Notes: generated by a model not told the origin, from the sequence alone. Counted from the stretch's first letter, positions 8,160 to 18,075 are shown. The stretch: DNA of 54,030 nucleotides from an uncultured bacterium (GCA_964619725.1 CAZUFC010000054.1:1-54030); one strand, 5' to 3'. Numbers and translations: made by a program.

Positions 8160-10297
8160 CGACTCCACAAAAAATAAACGTCAAAGACGGACTTCTGTTT
8201 TATCTCATATCGAAAATCAGGCCTGAACTGGCCAATAAAATAGCCGAAAAAAATGAAGTGGAAACTGCCATCGTAGGACTCGGACGTCAGGGAGTCAGAC
8301 ATGCCGGCATTATGAAGGACTTCGGGACCTGTATATCCGCCGGCATAGCTCCCGGCAAAGGCGGTCAAAAGATTCATGAAACCATTCCGGTTTACGACAG
8401 TGTGAAAGACTGCCTGCAAGAACATCCTGACATTGCAGCAGTGAGCATCTGGCGTCATTATTCCATGGCCAAAGAAGCCGCCCTGGAAGTCATCGAATCG
8501 GGCATCCCTTTCGTCGTTCTTATAACCGAAGGCATTCCTCTCAAGGACGTCCGGCATATATTAACGGCGGCGAGGAGACACAATACATTGCTGCTGGGCG
8601 GCAATACGCCGGGAGTAATCTTTCCGCCTGAAGGCATAAAGATCGGCATGCTGCCTGATGTTTTCTATCCCGAAGAAATCAGGGAAAATGTTTTCGGTCC
8701 GCATGGAGTCACCATTATTTCCCGCAGCGGGGCCATTCTTTATCACATGTCTGATGCCCTGGCCAGCGTCGGCGTTGCTCAGAACGCTGTGCTGGGCATC
8801 GGCGGCGACGGAGCTATCGGAACGCCCTTCAAAGATATCGTGCCCCTGGTTATGGGACATAAAAATACCGACCTGGTCGTCATAGCAGGCGAAATAGGCG
8901 GATGCGCCGAAGAAATGCTGGCTCAACGTAAAAAAGAGCATCCTGAACTCTTCCCCAAGAAAATCGTCGCCCTCATCTCCGGCGCCAACGCTCCCGAAGG
9001 CAAAACCATGGGGCATGCCGGCGCCATCGTTGCCCCAGGGCAGGAATACGGCACATTCCAGGCCAAGAAGAAAGCGCTGGAAGAAGTCGGCATTCCGGTC
9101 GCCAACAGCCAACTGGACCTGATATCCCTGGTCAAAAAAGCCTTGAACGGTAAAAAATACTTTCAAGCCGAACGTTACTACCAGAAAATGAAAAAAATGT
9201 GGGAAGCAAAACCTCCCGAACCCACCTGGGGCACCCTCATCACCAGAGTAGCCCCCAATGACCTGGTGATTCGCGGTTATCCCCTGAAAAATCTCGTTGC
9301 GGACGAATCGCTCATGAGTGTCGTTCATCTGCTTATCGAAGGAAAACTGCCCGCGCAGGAAAAACAGACGGAAATGGAATCCCTGTTCATTGAATCTCTT
9401 AAATATGAAATCCCTGATATTGAAATTTTCGACCAGGAGGACATATCGCAGACCCTATCCCGTTTTCTGCTGACCGATCCGCAATTAATCGAATTCAATC
9501 CTCAAACTGAAAACGGGGCATTGAATAAAACGGTCCTGTGCCTGGCGAGGACTGCCGCATTCCTGGGAAAACTGAATGGAATAAAAGAGGTCGAAACTGA
9601 AGTCCTTGGCGGCAGACTGGCCTTCAATGAAATTATTTATCGCCTCCTAACCGGAAAACAAACCACCGACATCAGGAACGCCAGGTTATTCGAATCCATG
9701 ATAGTCGCCAGCGTCGATCACGGCGTCACGCCTCCTTCGGCACAGGCTGCCGTCATCGCCGCTTCCGTCAGGGCATCTTACGAGACCGCTATCGCCCACG
9801 GAGTCGGCGCTATCACCGATGTTCACGGCGGGGCAGGAGCTAAAGCAGCCCTTTTCTTTAAGAATGCAGTAGAAAAATCCAGAACGGAAGGCCTCACGCT
9901 GAAAAACGCTGTCAAAAAGCAAATAACAAAAGCCGCAGACTCTGGCAAAAGAATCGAAGGAATGGGACACAGAATTCATACGCAAGACCCCAGAAGAGAC
10001 GTCATCTGGAGCATGGCCGAAAAAGCCGGCGTCGACGGACCGGCCATAAAAATTTCCAAAATGATCGGAGAACTCTTCGATCAGATACGAGGTCTGAACC
10101 TTCCCATAAACGTAGACGGAGTCATCGGCGCTGTTGTCTCAGACATGAACCTCGATCCCAGACTGGCAAAAATAATATTCATCTACGGCAGAATCGCAGG
10201 ACTCTCCGCACACTACTACGAAGAAATTACAACCCAACCCCCCATGAGAAGAATTAATTTCGCTCAGGCTGTTTATAAGGGAAAAGAGAATAGTTGA
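8156..10297 (+). CDS. SucD-like CoA-ligase alpha subunit fused to a citrate-synthase/citryl-CoA-lyase-like domain
   Basis: N-half: ITEGIP, GGNTPG, ISRSG, GIGGD, GEIGG and the phospho-His motif MGHAGA. C-half: IRGYPL, DHGVTPPS, HGGAG, GMGHRIH..DPR, NVDG and GRIAGLSAH. It overlaps the upstream gene by 4 bp. Confidence 0.85.
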   Translation: MTTPQKINVKDGLLFYLISKIRPELANKIAEKNEVETAIVGLGRQGVRHAGIMKDFGTCISAGIAPGKGGQKIHETIPVYDSVKDCLQEHPDIAAVSIWRHYSMAKEAALEVIESGIPFVVLITEGIPLKDVRHILTAARRHNTLLLGGNTPGVIFPPEGIKIGMLPDVFYPEEIRENVFGPHGVTIISRSGAILYHMSDALASVGVAQNAVLGIGGDGAIGTPFKDIVPLVMGHKNTDLVVIAGEIGGCAEEMLAQRKKEHPELFPKKIVALISGANAPEGKTMGHAGAIVAPGQEYGTFQAKKKALEEVGIPVANSQLDLISLVKKALNGKKYFQAERYYQKMKKMWEAKPPEPTWGTLITRVAPNDLVIRGYPLKNLVADESLMSVVHLLIEGKLPAQEKQTEMESLFIESLKYEIPDIEIFDQEDISQTLSRFLLTDPQLIEFNPQTENGALNKTVLCLARTAAFLGKLNGIKEVETEVLGGRLAFNEIIYRLLTGKQTTDIRNARLFESMIVASVDHGVTPPSAQAAVIAASVRASYETAIAHGVGAITDVHGGAGAKAALFFKNAVEKSRTEGLTLKNAVKKQITKAADSGKRIEGMGHRIHTQDPRRDVIWSMAEKAGVDGPAIKISKMIGELFDQIRGLNLPINVDGVIGAVVSDMNLDPRLAKIIFIYGRIAGLSAHYYEEITTQPPMRRINFAQAVYKGKENS

Positions 10298-10341
10298 AAA
10301 TCGATTACGGAATTTGCTTTTAGTCCTGGAAAACAACGATC

Positions 10342-10620
10342 TTAAAATATTATATTGCCCTCTTTACTAAAGGATATCTCAAATTCATTTTCCAAGGCTC
10401 GCCTGAAATAAATTTGTTCGGGATGATTTTCAAGGTGATTCAATAATCTCTCTCTTCCTAATTCTATCTCCAGATCCTTTAAACGTTTTATATCGTTTTT
10501 CCTGTCTCGAGCCAGACTATCATTATTCAAATCCAGCAAATCTATCAAGTTTTTTGCTTCTTCATCTTCCTCGTGAAACCTTATGTAATAGCCATCATCA
10601 AATACTCTCAGGCGCTGAAA
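10342..10620 (-). pseudogene. C-terminal fragment resembling HNH-endonuclease-family proteins
   Basis: AT-rich stretch translating to DEEAKNLIDLLDLNNDSLARDRK...IYFRRALENEFEI, similar from memory to tails of defence-associated HNH proteins. No HNH core is present upstream. Confidence 0.4.
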
Positions 10621-10804
10621 AATGACATAAATATGAGAGGAAAATCGATCAGCACAGTTCCTGCTGATAATTCCCGACTTTCCTTCACAGAACCAAGAAT
10701 AATCAAAAAAGTTTTTTTCAATGCCGCCATGCAAATAGAGCGCTGATGTTTATCATTGACATTTCAAGATGAATCTACTCGTGAGCTGCAAACATTTAAA
10801 TTTT

Positions 10805-11824
10805 CTAAATCGAATCCCAGAAATCATCTTCAATGATCATTCCGTCAAACTGGAGCAGTTTATTCACTGCTCTCTCGGCCTTGCTTTTTCCGCTGATGAT
10901 TTTGTTGACGGTCGAAGCGATCGGCATTGTTATCTTATGTTTTGCAGCATAACGGCAAACGGCCTTGACGGTCCTTATTCCCTCTGCCGATCCTTCGATT
11001 TCCTTCACGGCGGTCTTCACCTTTTTCCCTTTTCCGATCAGGTATCCGAAAGCATAATCCCTGGAATATTTGGCCATTGAAGCGGTCATAAGGTCACCCA
11101 GGCAGGCCGTGTCAGCGAAGGTTCCTTTTTTAGCCTGGAATCTGATCGCAAAATTGCATATTTCCTTGAGCGCCCAGGAAAGCAGAAAAGCCGTGGTTCC
11201 GATGCCGTAACCCAATCCTGCCGATATGCCGCAGGCGACGGCGTAAATGTTTTTTAAAGCGCCGCAGATTTCCACGCCTGTCAGATCATAACTTCCATAT
11301 ACTTTGAAAGTGGTTCCGTTCAACAATTCCCTGACCTCTTCAATGACTTCATTGAATTCTGAAGCTATCACTGATGCGGTGGGAACGCCTCGACAAATTT
11401 CTTCAGTAAAACACGGTCCAGCCAATGCTCCGGTCTTTTTTACCGGCGTCTCTTCTTTGACGATCTGCGACATGCGTTTCAACGTTTCACCTTCCATCCC
11501 TTTTGTACTGCTGACCATGATATGGTGCGGCGACAAAAAACCCACTTCATTCTGAAGCGTTTTCCTTAAATCATCTGCATTAATGCCGTAAAAAATTATG
11601 TCACAGGTTTCCCCTAATTTGCGGAGCGATCCCGTAGAGCGAAGGCGGGATTTCAATGATTTTTCAGAAACGTCATTCATGCCGCAGGCGACCTGAATTA
11701 CATCATCAATATCAACTTTTCGATCCCCCCAGACCAGAACATCATTATCTCTGCTTATAAGCAAGCCGGTTACTACGGGAGCTATGCCTTCCCTGCCCAT
11801 TATTCCTATCGGCTTTTTTTTCAT
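10805..11824 (-). CDS. gpsA: NAD(P)H-dependent glycerol-3-phosphate dehydrogenase (divergent)
   Basis: Motifs STKGME, LAGP, GVEICGALKNIYA, LGDL..T..SR and AEG. It is adjacent to an acyltransferase. Confidence 0.85.
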   Translation of the reverse strand: MKKKPIGIMGREGIAPVVTGLLISRDNDVLVWGDRKVDIDDVIQVACGMNDVSEKSLKSRLRSTGSLRKLGETCDIIFYGINADDLRKTLQNEVGFLSPHHIMVSSTKGMEGETLKRMSQIVKEETPVKKTGALAGPCFTEEICRGVPTASVIASEFNEVIEEVRELLNGTTFKVYGSYDLTGVEICGALKNIYAVACGISAGLGYGIGTTAFLLSWALKEICNFAIRFQAKKGTFADTACLGDLMTASMAKYSRDYAFGYLIGKGKKVKTAVKEIEGSAEGIRTVKAVCRYAAKHKITMPIASTVNKIISGKSKAERAVNKLLQFDGMIIEDDFWDSI

Positions 11825-11827
11825 GAA

Positions 11828-13420
11828 TTACTCCAGCTCATAACCGGTCAATCGATTCCGGTAATAAAAAAGCACATTGGCGTACCGGGTATAAAGCCGG
11901 TCTTTTTTACGATAAATTACGGGTTTTCGATGAAATATTCGGAAGTAACGCAATGCCTGGTTTATAACGAAATCGCTCGTTTCAGTCCTGATAATCGGTT
12001 CCAGCCTTATCCTGTTCTGCTTCTCCAGTCTGATCATTCGTTGCGCCAGTCTCTCATATTGCTCCTTCAAATCCTTAAAAGAGACGCTGAGATCATAAGC
12101 CTCCTCCTTCAGAAATTCAAACAGTTCCCCCGAAGCTGACTGACGAAAAAGCAGTTTGAAGAAAACGTAAGCCACGGCATGAGTGCAAAGAATATAAGTA
12201 TTGGCGTAAAACGAGGCTATTACCTTTTTTTCCAGTTCACCCGTATAAATCCGGTCGCGCTGATCGTCTTCGGTTATTTTACCTCTTCTCTTGACGTAAC
12301 CTTCGATGTCTATTTTTCGACCCCTGCAGTCGATAGAAGCGCCGTGTTTGTCCACCGCATTCCCGAAAGGGTCCAGCGGTTCGCAAAAGTGAAGATAGAG
12401 TTTTCCCTCCATGTTCAGCAGATGCTCAATGAATTTATATATGACGTAAGGATTCGAAGATTCGTCGTCCAGTATGATGTAACGGGACTTCCCCGTTTCT
12501 TTCAGATGGTCCTCTATGAGGGTATACGCCTCAAGCACAAGGTGATAAGACAAAGTTACCGGCACAACGAAATACTTCTTCTTTTCTCTTTTTAACCTGC
12601 TGGAAATGAATGCTTTCAGCGGCGTTCCCAATAATCCCTTTTTCAATCCCTGCTCAATTGCCCCCGAGCGGCTTCGCGTTCCGCCCGGAAAAAACAGGTG
12701 GTCATATCCGCGTTCCAGGGTCGTTTCCGCAAATTCTTTCAGCAGCGACTTGTAAAGCTCAGATTTTTTTAACCGGTCAACCTTGTAAGCCCCCAGATTG
12801 TTCATGAAAAGGTGAAACAAGGGCATTTGAAAAAGGTTCAATCCCGCACCGTAAAGCACGGGAGGCAAATCATTTTTATACAGCGAGAATCCCATAACCG
12901 GAGAATCCAGATTGCTTAAATGCTCCGGCACATAAATCAATACGCCGCCCTGTTCCTTCAATCGCCGGAGCTTATCTACGCTTCCGTCCACGATCATAGT
13001 GTTCTCGATGGATGGAATGCGAGGAAATTTACGCAGTATTCCCAATGGCGACATGGTATTCAGCAGAAGCGTCAATCCTCGGGGAACCAGGATCGTGGCT
13101 ATAGAATAAACCAGCGGATTGAAATTACCCGTAATCTCATCCATGTAATGCTCAATGCTCCGCTCCAGTACGCTTTTCAACTCACCTCCTGAACTTTTCG
13201 CCGCATCACGGGACAATTCTTTATAAAAGTCCTTTTCCGCAGCGCTGTTCTTATAAATCTTACCGTGCTTGCGCAGCCTCTCCCGTTCATGAAAAACAAC
13301 GCCGTCGACAATCTCCTGCACACCGGTTTGCGATTTTGAACCGGTAAAGACTTTCTCGCATACTCGCGCCTTGACTTCCGCCTTGATTTTTTCCTTATCA
13401 TCCTTGAATTGATGAAGCAT
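11828..13420 (-). CDS. Glycerol-3-phosphate acyltransferase (PlsB/PlsC acyltransferase family)
   Basis: HxxxxD motif (EHLSNLD), GAGLNL, FFPGGTRSRSG and VPVTLSY. Start is ATG 13420 or GTG 13426. Confidence 0.85.
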   Translation of the reverse strand: MLHQFKDDKEKIKAEVKARVCEKVFTGSKSQTGVQEIVDGVVFHERERLRKHGKIYKNSAAEKDFYKELSRDAAKSSGGELKSVLERSIEHYMDEITGNFNPLVYSIATILVPRGLTLLLNTMSPLGILRKFPRIPSIENTMIVDGSVDKLRRLKEQGGVLIYVPEHLSNLDSPVMGFSLYKNDLPPVLYGAGLNLFQMPLFHLFMNNLGAYKVDRLKKSELYKSLLKEFAETTLERGYDHLFFPGGTRSRSGAIEQGLKKGLLGTPLKAFISSRLKREKKKYFVVPVTLSYHLVLEAYTLIEDHLKETGKSRYIILDDESSNPYVIYKFIEHLLNMEGKLYLHFCEPLDPFGNAVDKHGASIDCRGRKIDIEGYVKRRGKITEDDQRDRIYTGELEKKVIASFYANTYILCTHAVAYVFFKLLFRQSASGELFEFLKEEAYDLSVSFKDLKEQYERLAQRMIRLEKQNRIRLEPIIRTETSDFVINQALRYFRIFHRKPVIYRKKDRLYTRYANVLFYYRNRLTGYELE

Positions 13421-13787
13421 GTACACCTCTCGAACGTATCAGCCTTCATTCATCGCGACCGGCGAAAAAATCATCGAAAAGCTGCAATGGCCGTTCGCCA
13501 TCTCTTTCAATTCACCCAATCGCAATTTTTTATCTGAGTTTTTCACCATTTTCCCCGTCCGGAAAATTCGGCACTATTAAAAAATAATGAGGACAGGATG
13601 TCAAATGATCGGATGAGTCACTTCTATTCAAAATAAAAATGGGGACTGAGCAAACACAGGTTATAGTTGTCTTAAAAAATCGGCGCTATGAAATCCCCCT
13701 CAGAAGCCTCAGTTATTCACACACATAACACAAGGAAAGTATAAGAATATGAAAATTTTAACCGTGAGAGGGTTTCACAAAAAAACA

Positions 13788-13888
13788 GGGACTGATCAAA
13801 CCGTGGTTTCACTTCTTTCGACACGTTTGACAGATTGATTCATTAATCGGGGTCGGGGTCGCAACAAAATAATTACAAGTCGAAATGT
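13788..13888. repeat. Dispersed intergenic repeat, copy 2
   Basis: Aligns with 1675-1791. A shorter echo, gggactgagcaaac, lies at 13642. Confidence 0.8.
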
Positions 13889-13920
13889 GTTGTCCTTATC
13901 ATATTTTCAAAGCTTCTTAA

Positions 13921-14254
13921 TTATTCAAGGCTGCGAAAATTGTAAACTCCCATGGTCTGGTTTCCAGTATCGGGCCAGACAAAGTGTTCTACGACGGAAA
14001 TGACGATCGTGCCACAGGGAACGTCAACCGTTTTGAATGCCGGTTCGCGGGACCAGCCGTCCCAGAGCCGTCATTCTGAGTTGATGTCCAGGATGACGAA
14101 TAAGGTATGGCGGGCAGGGCGTACCCGTGTAATTGTGAAGGAAAGCTTTCAATTCGCATTCATCACCCGGCGAAAAACGTTCATCAGGCATCTGCAGCGT
14201 AACTCCCAGTTGAAGGACCGGCGTCCGCGTATACGGCGGGGTGACGATCAGAAT
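13921..14254 (-). pseudogene. Decayed C-terminal domain of a PT-linker secreted protein
   Basis: The minus strand reads ILIVTPPYTRTPVLQLGVTLQMPDERFSPGDECELKAFLHN. After a frameshift near 14110 it reads LFVILDINSE*RLWDGWS...VDVPCGTIVISVVEHFVWPDTG, with an in-frame TGA at 14071-14073. Confidence 0.55.
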
Positions 14255-14750
14255 GGGCTCTGCGGAGGGCTCTGCCCCCCCCGTGCGAGACCTTGGACCT
14301 TCGAAGCGGGATCGGTGTTACGGGGCTCTACGGAGGGCTCTGACCCCCTGCGAGACCTTGGACCTTCGAAACGGGATCGGTGTTACGGGGCTCTGCGGAG
14401 GGCTCTGCCCCCCCCCGTGCGAGACCTTGGACCTTCGAAACGGGATCGGTGTTACGGGGCTCTACGGAGGGCTCTGACCCCCTGCGAGACCTTGGACCTT
14501 CGAAGCGGGATCGGTGTTACGGGGCTCTGCGGAAGGCTCTGACCCCCGTGCGAGACCTTGGACCTTCGAAGCGGGATCGGTGTTACGGGGCTCTGCGGAG
14601 GGCTCTGACCCCCGTGCGAGACCTTGGACCTTCGAAGCGGGATCGGTGTTACGAGGCTCTGCGGAAGGCTCTGACCCCCGTACGAGACCTTGGACCTTCG
14701 AAGCGGGATCGGTGTTACGAGGCTCTGCGGAGGGCTCTGACCCCCGTGCG
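14255..14750. repeat. Tandem array, about 7.5 copies of a 65-69 bp GC-rich unit
   Basis: Consensus gggctctgcggagggctctgacccccgtgcgagaccttggaccttcgaagcgggatcggtgttacg. Units start at about 14255, 14323, 14388, 14457, 14522, 14588, 14654 and 14720. Length variation is in the poly-C tract. Confidence 0.97.
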
Positions 14751-14920
14751 GTTTGTCGGCGTATTCGAAGGATTCCCCTAAGGCGTTAACTTTGGCGTCG
14801 AATTCGGTGTTATGACGTGTTCTTGCGGAAGAGTCGTCTCGTATATTTACGGTATTATTTTTTCCGGCTGTGCTCCTCATCACCATCAACAGTTTGTCGC
14901 TGCATCGCAGAGGGTCCGGA

Positions 14921-17900
14921 TCATTCGATGCCTTCTACACCCAGAGTTGTGCATGTTTTTTCTTCACCGGGCGGGATATTGTCTGGTTTTCTGTCCAGGT
15001 AGTAATACATGACGGGCACAATAATCAAGGTCAATATTGTTGCGATGGCCAGCCCGAATATGACGGCTACTCCCATGGGACCCCACCATTGTGAATTTTC
15101 GCCGCCTATGACGAATTTGAATTGCTGAAAGTCGAATGATAAACCTGTGCTTAACGGAATGAGGCCGAGAATCGTGGTGGCTGCGGTCAGCATAACCGGT
15201 CTTAAACGAATAGTGCCGGCTTCTATAATAGCTTGAACCTTGGGATACCCTCTTTCCCTCAGTTGCTCAATAAAATCGATCAGCACAATGGTGTTGTTCA
15301 CCACAACGCCAGCCAATGAAATAGCTCCTATACCGGTCATTAGGATGCCGAAAGGAATTTGCACGATCGTCAATCCCAGCAATACGCCTATCAAGGAAAG
15401 CACGACTGAAAAGATGATTATGAAAGGCTTCGTCAGTGAATCAAACTCAGTGATCAGAACAAGCGCTATAAGAAACAAAGCCACCAGGAATGCCTTTGAC
15501 AGAAAATCTTTTGTTATCTCCTCTTCCTCATTCTGTCCCGTGAATTCCATCCTGTATCCAGCCGGCAACTCCATCTTCCTGATTTTTTCCCTGGCTTTGC
15601 CCAGCAACATTTTGGGGTTCACGCCTTCCTCAGCATCAGCAGATACGGTAATGGTACGCCTGCGATCAATATGCCTTATGGTTCCCGGACCGCCGGCCAG
15701 TTCAATCTCAGCTATGTTTTTCAACGGGATAAGTTTGCCTTTGGCGGCAATCTCCAACGTGGAAATATCTTCGACGCTGGACCGGTATCCTTCGCCTAAC
15801 CTTACCGTTATGTCGTGCTCTTCATCCCCGACTCGATAATTGGACGCTTCCGTTCCGTTGACTGCCGTCCTTACCGTGGAAGCCAGCAAACTGGAATTGA
15901 TGCCTAACCGCATGGCCCGCTCCCTGTCCACCAGTATCCTCAGTTCGGGTTGTCCGCTTTCAAAATCATCACTTAAATTTGCAGTACCGGGAATTGTTTT
16001 TATAAGCTCCCTGGCTTTCTGAGCCAAGTTATTCAATGTACCCAAATCCGGTCCAGATATTTCCAGATTAATGGGCGCTCCCGTCGGCGGACCGAATTCC
16101 TCCCGAACCACTTCAATATCAGCGCCGGTTAAATAGTCCAATTGATTTCTGAGCCTGGCGATGTGTTCCATGGTCGAAATGGAACGTTCATGGAAGTCTA
16201 CGAAGTCTAACGTAATACGTGCAAGATGAGTCGTCGTACCGCCTGCAGCGCTCAGTACATTTGTTCCTCCCCCGGAACCCACATTTGTCACATAAGTTTC
16301 CAGATCAGGAACTTCTTTAACATCCTCTTCTATCTGCCTGGCCAGTTCATTGGATGTCTCCAGATTAGTGCCGACCGGCGCTTTAATAAGCACGAAAGCT
16401 TTTTCCGGATCAACGGAAGGGAAAAACTCCACGCCTAATCTTTGCAGATTGAAGACGAAATAGAGCATTACCGTTAAAATAAAAACAGCGACTGCGATCA
16501 ATATCGTAATTACTCGATGCACCATGGCCCAGCAAAGGAATCGATTATACGTTTTTATTATCGGATGCTGGTGATACCGCTTAATCGCCTCCTCGCCGGC
16601 CTGTCCTTTAACCTTCAAAAACCTGGCGCAAAAAACCGGATTGATGAAAACCGCTACCGCCAGGCTGGAAAGAAGCGTAATGATGATCGTCTTGGGAAGA
16701 TATCCCATAAACTCGCCCATGATTCCCGGCCAGAACAGCATGGGAGCGAAGGCGCATATAGTGGTCAAGGTCGATGCGGCAATAGGTTTTACCACTTCCT
16801 GGGCCGCTTCAGCAGCAGCTTTTTCCCGTCGTTCTCCCCCTTTGACATGCCTGAAGGTATTTTCGATCAGAACGATGGAATTGTCCACGAGCATGCCCAG
16901 CGCCAGGATCAGGCTGAACAGCACGACCATATTCAGGGTTATGCCGAAAATTCCCAGGACAATGAATGTTATCAACATACAAAGCGGGATGGCGGCGCCG
17001 ACCAGGATAGCATTGCGGAATCCTAAAAACAGAAATAGAACGATTACAACCAGGATAAGTCCAGTAATAATGTTATTTTCCAACTGATGCACCATATCCC
17101 GGACAAACTTCGAGTTATCCTGGATTATCTTAATCCGCAGCTTATCGCCGAATTGCATTCTTAAATCATTCAACAAAGCTTTGATTTCGTCGGAAATGCG
17201 TATCAGGTTCTCCCCGCTCCGTTTCGTAACAGACAGAGTAACGGATTCGGACCCTTCCGTCCTGGCGATTGTAGTTCTTTCCTTAAATCCGAACTTGACC
17301 TCGGCGACGTCCCTGATATGAATGTTGGAGCCGCCGAAGGATTCAATGACCCAATCGCCGATTTCATAGGGAGTTTCGGCTTCCCCCGGTATTCTGATCA
17401 GATATTTGTATTCGCCAATATCGATTTTACCGCCGGGAATGTTGATGTTTTCCGTCTGAATGCATTGAATGACGTCCTGAAGCGAGAGGTTATAATGGGA
17501 AAGTTTAGCGGGGTCTACATTGACCTGGACTTCCCTTTCCAGGCCTCCCGAAATATTGACGTCCAGGACGCCCGTTATCATTTTTATCTGATCTTCCAGG
17601 TCTTCAGCGATTTCCTTGAGTCGGATCAAACCCTGCTCTCCGCTTAAACTGACGATCATAATGGGAAAATCAGTAAAATTAATTTCCGATATGATGGGTT
17701 CTTCAGCATCGGGAGGCAATTCCGGCTTCACCAGATTGACTTTATCCCTTACTTTCTGCAGGGCCGTATCGATATCCGTATTCGGCTCAAACTCAACCAT
17801 GACCGAACTCATGCCCTCACTGGAATTCGAAGTGAGCTCTTTCACATTTTCCAATCCTTTGAGCTCCCGTTCGATTTTATCCGTAATCAGGCTCTCGATA

Positions 17901-18073
17901 TCCGCCGGAGAAACCCCCAGATAAGGCACGGCTATAGTGATATACGGAATTTCAATATCGGGAGCGGCTTCCCGCGGGAGTTCCATATATGTAATAAGTC
18001 CGAATACTACAAGAATAACGACCGATACCAGTACTGTCAGCGAGTGATTGACGGCTAATCGAGGCAAATGCAC
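14921..18073 (-). CDS. RND efflux permease (AcrB/AcrD/AcrF family)
   Basis: 1050 aa with GMLVDNSIVLIEN, GVVVNNTIVLID and RLRPVMLTAATT, and a 12-TM pattern. Confidence 0.95.
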   Translation of the reverse strand: MHLPRLAVNHSLTVLVSVVILVVFGLITYMELPREAAPDIEIPYITIAVPYLGVSPADIESLITDKIERELKGLENVKELTSNSSEGMSSVMVEFEPNTDIDTALQKVRDKVNLVKPELPPDAEEPIISEINFTDFPIMIVSLSGEQGLIRLKEIAEDLEDQIKMITGVLDVNISGGLEREVQVNVDPAKLSHYNLSLQDVIQCIQTENINIPGGKIDIGEYKYLIRIPGEAETPYEIGDWVIESFGGSNIHIRDVAEVKFGFKERTTIARTEGSESVTLSVTKRSGENLIRISDEIKALLNDLRMQFGDKLRIKIIQDNSKFVRDMVHQLENNIITGLILVVIVLFLFLGFRNAILVGAAIPLCMLITFIVLGIFGITLNMVVLFSLILALGMLVDNSIVLIENTFRHVKGGERREKAAAEAAQEVVKPIAASTLTTICAFAPMLFWPGIMGEFMGYLPKTIIITLLSSLAVAVFINPVFCARFLKVKGQAGEEAIKRYHQHPIIKTYNRFLCWAMVHRVITILIAVAVFILTVMLYFVFNLQRLGVEFFPSVDPEKAFVLIKAPVGTNLETSNELARQIEEDVKEVPDLETYVTNVGSGGGTNVLSAAGGTTTHLARITLDFVDFHERSISTMEHIARLRNQLDYLTGADIEVVREEFGPPTGAPINLEISGPDLGTLNNLAQKARELIKTIPGTANLSDDFESGQPELRILVDRERAMRLGINSSLLASTVRTAVNGTEASNYRVGDEEHDITVRLGEGYRSSVEDISTLEIAAKGKLIPLKNIAEIELAGGPGTIRHIDRRRTITVSADAEEGVNPKMLLGKAREKIRKMELPAGYRMEFTGQNEEEEITKDFLSKAFLVALFLIALVLITEFDSLTKPFIIIFSVVLSLIGVLLGLTIVQIPFGILMTGIGAISLAGVVVNNTIVLIDFIEQLRERGYPKVQAIIEAGTIRLRPVMLTAATTILGLIPLSTGLSFDFQQFKFVIGGENSQWWGPMGVAVIFGLAIATILTLIIVPVMYYYLDRKPDNIPPGEEKTCTTLGVEGIE

Positions 18074-18075
18074 GA

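Noticed and set aside
13439-13549. 36-aa minus-strand ORF upstream of the acyltransferase (MVKNSDKKLRLG...)
   Set aside because: It is short with no recognisable motif and cannot be distinguished from chance.
14255-14750. CRISPR array
   Set aside because: Units are near-identical over their full length with no unique spacers, and no cas genes are in the window.
13952-14889. Overlapping ORFs of 78-196 aa across the tandem array
   Set aside because: They arise from a stop-poor repeat. Unit lengths of 65 and 68 shift the frames, so no single frame is preserved.
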